This document shows positions 28,391 through 42,606 of a DNA stretch of 64,000 nucleotides, in pieces (position 1 is the stretch's first letter; each line of letters starts with the position of its first letter). Below the pieces are notes generated by a model that was not told the DNA's origin, ran no database searches, and saw nothing but the letters and a program-made list of their open reading frames with translations. The translations under genes and the position numbers were made by a program. Where the stretch lies: assembly GCA_951406725.2 (NCBI GenBank), contig OX597824.1, positions 64,046,001 through 64,110,000 on the forward strand, in the 5' to 3' direction. Source of the stretch: Octopus vulgaris. Lineage: Eukaryota.

Positions 28391-28439
<49 letters not shown>

Positions 28440-29554
28440 AACTTTTGGGTAGTGAAAACATGATTGTGACATATTTCAACTTCTAAAGACAAATTCACTG
28501 CAGTTACTGTGGAGCAAATGTTCTCTCCCATGATGAAATGTTTAAAAACATCTATCCAGTGCTGCTCGCTTTGAGAATCCTTTAGAAGTTAAAATACATG
28601 GTCTGATCAATAAGTATCTGGACTGTTGCCATTAGTAACAAAGCTAAAGCATGCAGAGTGAAGCCACTTGACACAGTTTGACCTTGAACTCTGCTGTGCA
28701 TGCACACTAAGTTTTAACATTCTGGTTCACTTCTGCTCTTTACAGCAGTGCTTGGAAGGAACGTGTGTAGTATGTGATTGGTGCATTGACCATGACAGAG
28801 AAAGTTAAACAGAGAATCTGCATCAAATTTTGCCAAAAGATGGTGATACCTTCTCAGAGGACTACGCAAAGTTGCAGAAAGTGTATGGAGAGGAATGTAT
28901 GAGCTGTACACAAGTGTGTGAGTAGTTCAGACGTTTCCAAGATGGCTGAAAAAATGTTGCTAGTGACAAACATTCTGAGAGACCCACAAACAGCAGAACT
29001 GAGAAAAACATTGCAGATGTACACGTAGCTGTGAGGGGAGATCTTCAAATCACCATCCATGAGTTATCGTGCAGATTAGTTATGGTTCAGTTCAGTCTAT
29101 TATCACTGAAGATTTGGATATGAGATGCATGCCTGCCAAGTTTGTGCCAAAACTGCTTTCGGGTGACCAAAAAGACACTTGGGCTTCAGTTGTACAAGAT
29201 CTCCTGGATTATGTTGAGAACAATGAAAACTTTTTCAAAACAGTCATAACTGGTAATGAATCATAGGTCTATGGTTATGGTACCAAAACAAAGGGTCAGT
29301 CTTCACAGTGGAAGACCCCAACCTCCCCAAGACCAAAGAAAGCACAAATGAGTTGAAGCAATGTGAAGACACTGTTGACTGTTTTCTTCGACTACAAGGG
29401 GATTGTTTATCAAGAGTATGTTCCACCTCGACAGACAGTAAACAAGGAGTACTACCATGTTTTGCAGTGTTTGTGGGATGCTATTTGTCACAAACATATT
29501 TTAACTAACCTAAAGTTTGCTTATGCCTAAGCACTACTTGGTGTTGATACTGAC

Positions 29555-29613
<59 letters not shown>

Positions 29614-31563
29614 TAAAGGACTTCTTTTCAGTTTGTCTGCCAAACTCAATCATGAGACCCTTCACTAGTCACTTGCCCCAATGCAGCACAGGGAAAACCT
29701 GAAACCATATGGTTAGGCACCAAGCATCTTAACCACATGGTCATTGCCTATGTGTGTGTGCCTATGTGTGTGTGTGTGCCTATGTGTGTGTGTGTGGGGG
29801 GGAGCTATACATATACGTATGTAAATAACCTCTAAGCAGCTCTGAAGCCAAACAGATCCTGCTAAACAATCCAACCCATGCCAGCATGAAAAATGAATGT
29901 TAAATAATGATGATGATATACATGCACATACATACAAAGCATTATAATGAAATATTGTACAATAAACTAAGATGTTTGACAAAATTACTCCCACTAAGTG
30001 AAAGTTTGAATATAATTATTTGTTGTTGATGTACTTTATCTCCAAACTTATATTTTTCAATCATATATTATTTCCTGAAATTCTTTTCTCAGTGACAGTA
30101 CATTGTTGTTTAGCTCTAAGCCAGCCCTGATTAAGAAAACCCTTTGATTGAAGATATTCAAGTTATTATCATGTTGTTCTTTCAGGAACTGGATAATGAG
30201 GACTGCACTATCCAATGTGTTGCTCCCTTTTCAAGATATTAAAGTGTAATATGTGGTAAATTTAACTGCTGCTTTTAGCACATCAAACATCCACATATAG
30301 CCTCTCTCATTAATTCAAGTGGCAGTGAGCCAATACAAACAGTAGAGGCTCTTAGAGTGTTTTTGTCTACTTTCTTTTCATTCCATGGTGAACTTTGGTC
30401 TACTTTGTCTATTAATAAATTAGTAAAACAAATATCAATCTAATAAATACCATACTGAAGGCGCATGGCTCAGTGGTTAGAGCATTGGGCTCACAATCAT
30501 GAGGTAGCAAGTTTAATTCCTGGACTGGGCTGTGTGTTGTGTTCTTGGGCAAGACACTTTATTTCATGCTGCTCCAGTAACTCAGCTGTAGAAACAAGTT
30601 GTGATATCCCTGTATAGGCCTTTGCCTTTCTCTTGGATAACATCAGTAGCACGGAGAGGAGAGGTTGATATACATGGGTGACAGCTGGTCATTCATAAAA
30701 CAACCTTGACCAGATTTGTGCCTTAGAGGGGAACCTTCTAAGTACAATCCCATGGTCATTCATGACCGAAGGCAATCTTTACCAATAAGGGCCAAATCAA
30801 GATTTACCAATAAGCTAAATCAAGATTGACTAAGAGCTAAACATCACCAACATCAATAACAATAATACATCAATCTAACAGTAAATGCAAGAAATAAAAA
30901 TGTTAAATAATGATGATGATATACATTATATTATCAATTCCACCAAATGTCCATTACAAAAACAAAAATTATACATATCTAATGAAGTGAAGACATTCTC
31001 AATGGAAACTAATCAACAGCTAATCAGATATATGTGACTAAATGTAATTTATACTTACTTCAAGAACTTCTCCTTTCACAACAGTTAATTCCTTGCCATT
31101 TTTCTTCTCTCGATAATGTGTTGCCTCACAACATCTGCAAGAATAAAATTCAACATGTCTTATTTTAATAGATTCTAAGTGGGCTTCCTTACTAGAGTGG
31201 TCATGTGGGGGTAAGATATGATTTTAAGGAATCCCAGTTTTTAAGGATTTGACAGTGCATGTCATACTGTAGAGTAAACGATATATATATGTTTGTGATA
31301 TTGTATAGAGCAGGGCTTCTCAAGCTTTTCAAACTAATGTTCCTTCCTTTTACTAACATTTCTTCAATCTACTCTTGCTACAATCTATATATACATACAT
31401 TCGTACGTACGTATGTATGTATTGAATATAAAGAAAGTCAGAAGGTATGAAATAAATTTCACCAGTTGGTATCCATAGGAAAACAACCATTGTGTGGTTT
31501 GTAGCCTGTCCCACTAAAGGAGCTTTTCTGTGGTTACTACCAGATTAGATAAATCTGTATTAA

Positions 31564-31608
<45 letters not shown>

Positions 31609-34600
31609 GAGGTTTGCAAGGAATGAAGCCAGTATGCTCCATTGGACAGAGTGTAAGCACCCTGAGGGAAAAGTTGGCTTTAAGAAGAATCAGATGTGGT
31701 TTGCAAGAGAGATGACAGCACTGGTATGGTCATGTGATGCAAATGAATGAGGACAGCTGTGTGAAAAAGTGTCACCGTAGAAGTTGAGGGAATCTGTGGA
31801 AGATGTAAACCCAGGAAAACCTGGGATGAGGTGATGAAGCATGACCTTTGAACATTATGCCTTACCGAGGCAATGACTTTGGAAATATGCTGTGCTTGAG
31901 AAGACCTGACAGGCCAAGTGAGACCATAGCCCATAGCCTATGCCAGTGGGTTTAACCAGGCCACTTATGAATACCCCTCATTCACAGGACAATAAACTTT
32001 GCTTGTGAAGACCTATTGAGGCAAGTGAAATCAAATCAAATTCACTGACATGGCCGATAACAGTACTGCCTGATCGGCAATTGTGCCAGTGGAACGGTAA
32101 AAGCACATCCGAAAGTGGGGTGTAACCAGCCCACTGATGAGTACCCCTCATTCACTGGACAATAAACTTTGCTTGCGAAGAGACCTATTGAGGCAAGTGA
32201 AATGAAATCCAAATCGCTGATGTGGCTGATGACAGTACCGCCTGATTGGCACTCATGCCAGTGGAACATTAAAAGCACATCCGAGCGTGATTGTTGCCAA
32301 GGCCACAGATTGGCCCCCATGCCAATGGCATGTAAAAAGCACCATTCGAGTGTAATTGTTGCCAGCGTCACCTTACCAGCACATGTGCCAGTGGCACATG
32401 AAAAACAACATTTGAACGTGATCATTGCCAGTGCCGCTGGACTGGCTTCCGTGCAGGTAGCACGTGAAAACACCTTTTGAGCGTGTTTGTTGCCAGAACC
32501 ACCTGACTGGCCCTCGTGCTGGTGGCACATAAAAGCACCCACAACACTCTCAGAGTGGTTGGTGTTAGGAAGGGCATCCAGCTGCAGGAACCTTGCCTGA
32601 TCAGATTGAGCCTGGTGCAGCCTTCTGGCTCACCAATCCTCAGTCAAAGCCGTCCAACTAATGCCAGCATGGAAAGCGGACATTAAAAAATGATGATGAT
32701 ATATATATATATATATATCAAATTTATATATATGTACACACAATGACAAGATGTTACCTGATACAGTAGGTGCACAGGCCATCTTTATTGCATGTATAGA
32801 ACAACCCACAAATTGAATAATACTTTTGTTTATCGCTTATAATTTACTTACAAAAATTATATATATTCTGGCTTTGTTTATTTAGTTATTCACATTTTGA
32901 ATTCTATTATTGTTGTTGATGTTCTCCTTGTTATTATCATTATTGTGATTATGGCTAACAGGCTGTTCATTATAAAATTACATTTAAAATTATGTTTATG
33001 AATTTGTTTTGCAAGATTCCTGATGTGAAATTGTGTGCTGAAACAGATATTGTTATATTTCAGGATGGTCGGTTTTTTTTTTTTGTTTTGTTTTTTTTTT
33101 TTGCCAAATAAACACACACTATATATATTCATACTTCACTCATTTATTATTGTTCCTATTTTATCTTATGTCACTTGTCTGGAAATCTTTCATCACACAT
33201 CTGTGATCTTTTCAGCTACTCTTCTATCCACGTTTCCTCTGGGTTGCTGAAGAGGTCACAAATGTGTGACACAAGATTTCCAGACAATGGACATAAAATA
33301 AAATAAGAATAAATGAGTGAAGAAAGGACATACAGTGTGTGTGTGTTTATTTGGCAAGGAAAAAATAAATGACCATCCCAAAACATAATACATTTAAAAT
33401 GTTATTTTTAATAGTTCATATTTAAATAGCAAACAATGACCAAAAAAGCAAAAGAATTATATAAATACATTCATCACCATATAGTACCTTGTCACTAGCA
33501 CTCATATAAAATTTTCCACAGCCCACTTTGAGAAGCACTAGTACAGAAAGTGTGATATTGTATATATAATGTGTAATATACAACATAATGTGTGATGTTG
33601 TGTATATATATATATATATAGTGCATCATGTTGTAAATATAGTACATGGTGTTGTATATAGCATACCATGTTGTACATAGAGAGAGAGAGAGAGTGTGTG
33701 TGTGTGCGTGTGATATTGTATGTAGAGTATGTTATTGTGTATAGTGTGTATGATATCATATATAGTGTCATATTGTATATAGAGCTGGTGATGCCTTTTA
33801 TATTGTGCATAATGTTGTATATAGTATGTGTGATACTGTTTTATAGTGGGCAGGATATTGTACATATATAGTGTGTGTATTTTATATTTCTATTAAACCA
33901 TGTCTCTTGATTGGTACTTTTACCTTGAAAGCATGAAAGGCAAAGTTGACCTTGGCAGGGTTTGAACTCAGAGTGCACAGTCAGAACAAATAGTGCAACA
34001 CACTGTATCCAACACTCCCACAACTCTGTCAATCTGCTACCTTAGAAACATTTTAATTAAAAGCATTATTAACATAAATAGTTATTGGGAGCTCCTGTTC
34101 CACATGTGTGTGTGTGTGCATGTGTCTGTGGATGTGTGTGTGTGTGTGTTCACATGTAGAGCATATGTAAGTGAAATGTCTATGCATGCCTGTATCTATC
34201 ATGTGAGTGTGTGTCTTTGTGTCACTGTATGCATGTGTATAGATACTCTCTCGCACACATACACAAGAGCATCCAGTTGGACATCCCAGTCCAACATATG
34301 CTTGCAACAGAAAATGGATATCAAACGAAGATGTACAAGCCAAATAGAAAGATCTTAGAGTATTTAGCTGAGTCTCTATGCTCTGAGCTCAAAAGCCTAA
34401 CCTGATTTTCTCCCCTCCATACACACGCAAGCATGTATCTGACTCATACACTGTTCACTTTCCAGACATTTTTACATTACTGCATATGCTTTATATGCAC
34501 TTTTGACAAGTTGTGGTGCACCTGAGCACTGTATATAATAATTTCATTATTATTATTATTGTTACCTTCACTCATTTAGTGATCAGTTAAATAAGTGCAC

Positions 34601-35286
34601 TATAAAGCAATGAGGTTATGTACATAGTGGAGGCCTTTTACATCTCACCGGCTACAATTACCATTTCACCTGGCCTGACGAGTCTTCTCAAGCACAGCAA
34701 GTTGCTAGTCTCAATCACATGTTACTGCCTCTGTGAGATCCATCATTAGAAGATCATGCTTCACCACTTCATTTCATGTCTTCCAACCTCTTTCACATGT
34801 TCCCGCCACAATTAGAAATTGGCACTTCTTTATGCAGCTGTCCTCGTCTATATGCATCACATGACCGTCCCAGCACAGTTGTCTCTTTTACACACCACAT
34901 CTGATGCCTCATGCCCAATTTTTCTCTCAAGATGCTTACACACTGTCATACATGCACACTGACACTGCACATCCAGTAAAGCATACTAGCTTTATTTCTT
35001 TGAAGCCTTTGCATGTCCTCAGCAGTCACAGCCCATGTTTCACTGTTGTGTAGCATGGCTGCTTGCACACAGGCATCATTCAATCCACTATATATACAAT
35101 CATACAATCAGCTTCATTTTCAATTATTTATATATATATATATATTACCAAATCCACTCACAAGACTTTTATTGGTCAGAAGATATTTGCCTAAGATGTT
35201 GTACAGAGGGACTGAATACAAAAACCATGATTAGGAAGCAAGCTCCTTAATTACACAGCCTTTTTTGCACCTATACCATACCTGTG

Positions 35287-35319
<33 letters not shown>

Positions 35320-36301
35320 ATGTTTTAATGCTTACTATTCTATGCTTGCATATGTTGTGGCACAGTTTCCTATAGTTGGATGCCTTTCCTGTAACCAACC
35401 CTACTTGTTTCTAAGCGAGATAGTGATCTCACAATCCGACAAACAAAAGCACACCCTGGACATTTTTGCATGAAGAACTAGAAATGGACAACACCTTGAG
35501 TAAAACCATTGTTTGCAATCAGCAAATGAAAATATGTAAACAAGGGAAATATAAAATCACTTACACACACACATATACATGCACATCAAGTTTCTTTCAA
35601 TATCCATCAACTAAATCCACTCACAAGGCCTTGGTTGAGCCAGGATTATTGTAGACAACACCTGCTTAAAAGTGTCATGCAGTAGGACTACCATGTGAAA
35701 CCAAGCAGTTGGGAAGCAAACTACTTAACCAAAGAAATATGCTTGCATCTACATAGATATGCCCTGTGCCAGAAACTATTAGAAGAAGAATAAAGGAATA
35801 ATGTCTAGTTAGTACTTACTTGACACCTCTTTCTCGCAGACCATGCATAAACAATTCGTTACTATTATCAGGTACAGATGGTACGTTGTTAAATCTTTGG
35901 TTTGGTGGTCCTATTTTGTCTGGCCTGTTTCAAAAGGGTAACAGTAAACAATAAATAAATAAAATTAATTAATTAAACAGGCCAATTTCAAATTTAAAGA
36001 TGGTTTTCTGATTATTCATGAGCATATGTAAGTATAAAAAAGAAGTACACATAAATTCTTAGTTTGCCAGTCCATCCATTGGTCCCTCAGTAAGTCCATC
36101 TGTTGATGGGTCTGTCAATCTGTAGGTCCATATACATACACATACTAGCTTTAAATACAATATCTGTAATATTGTAAACTTATATCTATACATACACACA
36201 TGTATATGCACTTACACATAAATAAACATGTGCACACATACACATATATAGTAGATGTAGATATATATGCACACACTAGTTTCAGATACAATATCTGTAA
36301 T

Positions 36302-36343
<42 letters not shown>

Positions 36344-37937
36344 TACACACACACATAATTTATGTAAGGTATAAGTTAGAAATGCTTAAACCCTCTAAAG
36401 GATAGATATCTTCCACATAGAAGGCATGCTAATAACTAACTATGAGACCTTAGATTCAACCAACCTCTGTTCTTCATTTACTTCACAATGGATTTAATGA
36501 ACTTTGAACCTAACTAAAATGTAAGACTTTCGAATCATTGAACATTTTTGTTTTCCCCGATTTTTCCCTCTATCTTTCGCTCTCTTCTCCTTTTTGTCTA
36601 TCTCAGCCTTTTTCGTTCTGATGACATCTACCATTTGCAACAAGGTAAATACATATTTACCTCAACATGGTACACAGAAACAGCTGTAAACTCACTCTTA
36701 CCCTGACCTTGCTTAACTAATTAAATAATGGCTTTTTAGCATCAACAACACACTTCTCATTTTCCCTCCATTTTCTTATCATCTATATATATATATAATT
36801 TAATTATTAATTTAATATATAAATTGCTTATAAATTTTTATTCCATGCTGACTACCTAATATTAATCATTAACATGATTTTTATCCTCATTTTATGTGTG
36901 ACTATATATATATATATATATATATATTTTAAATTGAGGATAAAATCTTTATAAGAAATTATCAGTAGTTAGCGTGAAAAACCTCGTAAGAGAAAAAATC
37001 TGTAAATTTTTCCACTTTGAAAATATTTATTTATATTATATAGAGGATACTATTATTCATAGGTACCGCACGCTAGGAGGGACTCTTGCAGTCAAAACTA
37101 CTAAAATAAACAAATTGTACCGAATGCAAAACTTCAAAGCAAGTCATTTAAAGCCATTTTCATAGATATGTAAAGATACACATTCGTACATGCTACGACA
37201 AATTCTACGGTTGGCTGTCGGGTATGCTATATTGTGTTTTTTCCTTACATGTCTTGAGTTCGTTGCACTGAAGAGCATAGAATGCATATTCTGCATTGAT
37301 TGCGAAATCACAGGTGATATGTAACTAAATTCTGTTTTTAAATGACTTGCTTTGAAGTTTTGCATTCGGTACAATTTGTTTATTTTAGTAGTTTTGACCG
37401 CAAGGGTCCCTCCTTGCGTGCGTATCTATGAATAATAGTACCCTCTATATGATATAAATAAATATTTTCAAAGTGGAAAAATTTACAGATTTTTTCTCTT
37501 ACGAGGTTTTTCACGCTAACTACTGATAATTTCTTATAAAGATTTTATCCTCAATTTTAAATTTATATTTTTCACCGGAATAGTTCAATACTGAATTTTT
37601 GTTCCGAGTAAGCAATTTGTTACCGAAATGCATTGCGAATAAGCCTGCCATTTTCATAGATATGTAAAGATAAACATTCGTACATGCTACGACGAATTCT
37701 ACGGTTGGCTGTCGGGTTTGTAATGTTATGTTTTTTCTTATATATCTTGAGTTTGTTGCACTGATGAGCGTAGAATGCATATTCTGCATTAATTGCGAAA
37801 TCACAGGTGATATGTAACTAAATTCTTTTTTTAAATGACTTGCTTTGAAGTTTTGCATTCGGTACAATTTGTTTATTTTAGTAGTTTTGACCGCAAGGGT
37901 CCCTCCTAGCATGCGGTATCTATGAATAATAGTACCC

Positions 37938-37972
<35 letters not shown>

Positions 37973-40900
37973 ATATGTATGTGGATGATGAAGTTCCATA
38001 TAGAATTAGGAAAGCAAGTGTTGCTTTCGGAAGGCAAGAAAAGCGCCTCTGGAGTCGGCGAGACATATGCAGAAAGACAAAGATAAAAGTGTACAAGGCA
38101 TGTGTGCTCCCTTCTCTTCTCTATGCCTGCGAGACGTGGGTCACATATCGATACCACCTTAAACATCTGGAACGTTTCCATCAGATGTGCCTCAGACGGA
38201 TCTATAGCATTAAGTGGAAGGACCGCAGTGATCTTGAAATACTCGAAGGCTCTTGATGTGAAAGTATAGAAGCTCTTGTGTTAAAGCAAAGGTTCAGATG
38301 GAGTAGTCATCTAGTCAGAACGAAGGATTTAAGGATGCCAAAATAACTCTTTTAGAGTTAGCTAAAGGAGAACGACCTTCACATAAACCAAATAAGAGGT
38401 ATAAGGACTTGCTGAAGGCTTCCTTAAGAGATGCTTGCATCTCTCCTGACAAATGGGAAGGCATAGCTATTGATCGTAGCAGGTGGAGAAGGATTGTGCA
38501 TGAGGGGACAGCCACGTTTGAGAAATCTCGAGTTGCACATGAGAAAGTAAGGAGGGATGTCAGGAGGGCATCGCTGTTACACTTCCAGAAGGGTCTTCCT
38601 TTGATTCTGACATGCAATGTCTGTGCAAGACCCTGCCTCAGTAAAGCCAGACTCATGAGTCATCTTCGTAGTCATAAAACGAGACAGATGAGTGACAACC
38701 TGGCCACTGGTGGTGGTGTAACACACCATACTTATCATATCTATCGGGCATGTAGAAGAGAGTGTAACTCGGCAGGAGGACTTATACGACATGCAAAGGT
38801 ACATGAAGCCCAGTTACAACTACAGCTGGCTATTACCAGTAAAGGTTTTAGTTGCCAATTTTGTACAAGACATTGTAGATCTTTAGCTGGGCTAAAAAGT
38901 CACATTCGATCACAGCACCAGTAACAGTTAAGCTTCATGCAATGACCATACTCAATAACAAGGGGGCAGCCATAATGTATATGTGTATGTATGTATGTAT
39001 GTATGTATATATGTATGTATATACACACATACATACATACAAATATACACATACACACTCAATACCCACATAACACACTCTTGTTTCAGATACAATATTT
39101 GGAATTGCTATTACAAATGTTAAAAAGTTAAAATAAAAGAGAACTAATCAAAAAGATATCATATTGATTTGTGAAAAATGATTATCTCAAGAAAATAATT
39201 GTTTCAGACTAAATTAAAAAGTAACTCTTCAACTTCCAGAAGGTACCTTCCCATCCTGGGGCCTGAAGTAGATTTGTTCCACTTTGTAAAATGTCACTTG
39301 GAACCTTCTTTATGAATATATTTTCATTGAAATGCTTGCTTATGATGTAACTGATTTTGAAAATAATCTAGAATTTGGAAAGAGTAAGGCTAAAACTTAC
39401 ATGTAAGGTTCATGATGATGTGGAACTGGTCCTCTGTTGGGTCCCATCTGGTTAGAAATAAAACAAAACAAAATATAAATAAAACTAAAATAAAATAAAA
39501 GTAAAACAATAGATAATAAAGTCTAATAGCCATTCGTTTAGGCTAAGTACAAAGTAATTTTTTCCCTACATTATAGTAGTTTGTATGTTTCTAGTAACAT
39601 CTTTTATCAACCACCTCAAGGAATAAAGAAAAATTGATACTGATTTGAACTGAGAGGCTTGAAAACTGAAATAATTTTATTAAATATACATTTTATTCTG
39701 TTATAATCAGTGAAGAAAAAAACAGTTAAAAACTATTGCTTGGCTCGAATATAAGCAGGTCAGTACTAACAGCAGAAAATGGAGAGTGAGAAAAACAAAG
39801 TGTTGTTTAGCCTTTGGTCATTTTTAAATCAAACAGACTATAAATGTATTCCAGCTGTGACCATCACATCTTTTTAAGCACATTATCATTTCTTTTAAAT
39901 TACTGCCTTCAGAACACAGTAAATATTGTTAAAACTAGGCATTCATTGTTTCCCAATTCAATGTGGCCAATTTTTATTTGATGGGTTGCCCCCATCATCA
40001 TCATCATAGATAATGTATAGGCACTGATGACTACACTTAAGAAATTATGAAATTTTTTAAATAAGTCAGGAGAGAAGATCAGTATCCACAAACTTTTACA
40101 GCAGCCATGAGGCTGGTGGGAGGGAAGTGTTAAGGTACCTTCATATTGGTGACCCGGCTGAATAGTTCCAGTGTGAACTCAACTAAAGGCAGATGGTAGA
40201 GTCTTTCAGACCATCAAAGTTGATCATAATGAATGCTTAAACAATCAAGAAGAGGAAGAAGAGTGAGTTAGAGAGAGAGACAGTCAGAGTGAGAGAGAAA
40301 AATAGATGATGTTGAAAATGCATTGAGACCTACTCAGATATAACACTGAGGGGGAATATAAGTGGTACAGAGGGGATAGAGATGGGGAAATGGTGACTGT
40401 AGCAACTGATGGTGAGATAAATTGAAGTGGCTAGGGGGAATATTGTAGATGCATGAGGGTATGGAGAGAACTAAACATCTATTCACTGAAACCAGTTTTT
40501 TTTTTCTTTTTTTTTGGTCAACTAAGGCCATAATACTTTTATGACAAACCCAACCAGCCCATAGCCTCATCTCTGCTTTGATAATTACCCTACTTCAAAA
40601 AAAAATTTATACTTCAATATCAACGATATTGTCACGTAAAAGCACCATCCGAACGTAGCCGATGCCAGCGCCTCCTAGACTAGCTTCTGTGCCATTGGCA
40701 CATAAAAAGCACCAATCCGATCGTGGCCGTTGCCAGCCTCGTCTGGCACCTGTGCCGGTGGCACGTAAAAAGCACCCACTACACTCACGGAATGGTTGGC
40801 ATTAGGAAGGGCATCTAGCTGTAGAAACACTGTCAGATCAGACTGGAGCCTGATGCAGCCTTCTGGCTTCCCAGATCCCCAGTCGAACCGTCCAACTCAT

Positions 40901-42566
40901 GCTAGCATGGAGAACGGACGTTAAACGATGATGATATGATGTCACAACACTTGCATTCAGTCATAAATTCAACAAGGACAGTCAACATCAACATTACCCT
41001 CCTCAATCTACAACAACCATAAAATATGAACATACTTAAACATACATTCACACATGCACACACATACACAAATAAATTGATATATCTGTCTAGTAATGTT
41101 CTAACATTCTATGAACCAAATAATGGCACAATTTCCTGCATCAACTACCTCTCAGACCAAGAGAAACTGACACTGCAATGTTTGGTAACCCAGTTGACAC
41201 TCTTCCTTTCATTATACCTTAGAATTATCAACCTTACTTTGTAAGATGATTTGCAAAAAACTGAAGTGTCAATAGCACAAGGAGCGGTGCAATGGGTAAA
41301 TTGTCGCCTTTTATATTCTTAATTTCACACATGTGCATTGTTTGTTTTGATTTTGTCAATTACACAGTACAGTAGGGTCAGTTGGGCACTGTCTGTGAGA
41401 AAAACAGCACCATGACGCAATTCACCCTACCAGAAATTTGGAAATGAAATGCTGTACTGCTTGGTATTCATGCTGGAAACTCCAATACGAACATTTCAGA
41501 GTTTTGGGTGTCAATCTGAGGACAGTGCAATCCGAGGACATGTACCCAGAGTGATAAAAATCAAACATCCACTCAACATCATGGTGTTTGGAGTGATCAC
41601 TAATGATGGTGCTGTTATGCCTCCATTCATCTTTCCACATAACCTCACTCTCAACACAGAGGCCTGCATCAAGTGCCTGGAGGAGGTAGTGCTGCCCTGG
41701 CTCAAGAGGATGGCTGCTGAAAGACCCTATGTCTGGCAACAGGACTCTGCACCATGCCACACAAGCAGGAGAACCCAGTCATGGCTGTCAGACAATTTCT
41801 GCAACCACATCACCATTAACATCTGGCCACCTGACTCCCCAGACTGCAACCCCCTTGATTATTATGTGTGGGGCACAGTTGAGCAAAAGACCAACAAAAC
41901 TCCTTGTAACACCAAAGATGAACTGAAAGGAAGGATTATGACAGTATTCACCAACTTAAACAGGGAGACCATCCGAAAGAGTTCCAGGAGATTCCGAAGT
42001 CGTCTGGAGGCTGTGGTTGAAGCTAATGGCAATTTTATTTAATAAATTTACTCTTTAGTATTTCAAGATATTTTTATGTTATTTTGGTAAATATATCTGT
42101 TAAAATGAGATGTCAATGTTATTTTCATTTTTGCATAATTCATATGACAATTCATTCACTGCACCCTGTATATATGAATAAAGTTAGCTAAGGCTGGTTT
42201 ATGGGATTTTATCAGCATGCCATTTTAAGAATACTTTCTCAGTACACCACTTTATTTATATAATATACTGCTCTATAACTTTATATAATATACTGCCCTA
42301 TAACTTAGAGTGTGCTTCTTTTTCGGATATATGTATTACCGACAAGACATATATATTTATGCTCCAAGATATATCTCATGAATGCCTTGGGATGCATCAT
42401 CAGAGATGTTTCTGGGATCTCAAAGGTTTCAAGTCTTTCAATGTCAGACCACCCTCACTCAGTTGACCTAGTTGGGGTTGATCAAATCCCAGCTTCCATT
42501 CCAATAGCAGCATACTGCCATCTTTATCCAACTCCACTTCATTTGCATGGATATATATATATATAT

Positions 42567-42606
<40 letters not shown>

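Larger units (their letters stand above)
36928..37940 (+). mobile_element. Non-coding Penelope-like/retrozyme-like element: about 1.6 tandem copies of a 493-494 bp unit plus an inverted 5' segment
   Basis: 37153-37448 is repeated at 37647-37940; 36928-37152 is the reverse complement of about 37336-37560; one HHR per unit; flanked by (TA)n on both sides. Confidence 0.78.

Noticed and set aside
30458-30535. tRNA-like sequence (also at 50612, 58964, 62041)
   Set aside because: These are SINE heads joined to a shared SINE body; the cloverleaf is not intact.
39247-39262. Possible 16-nt micro-exon (cttcAG...GTACCT) on the minus strand
   Set aside because: It would break the reading frame between the supported exons, and the donor is weak.
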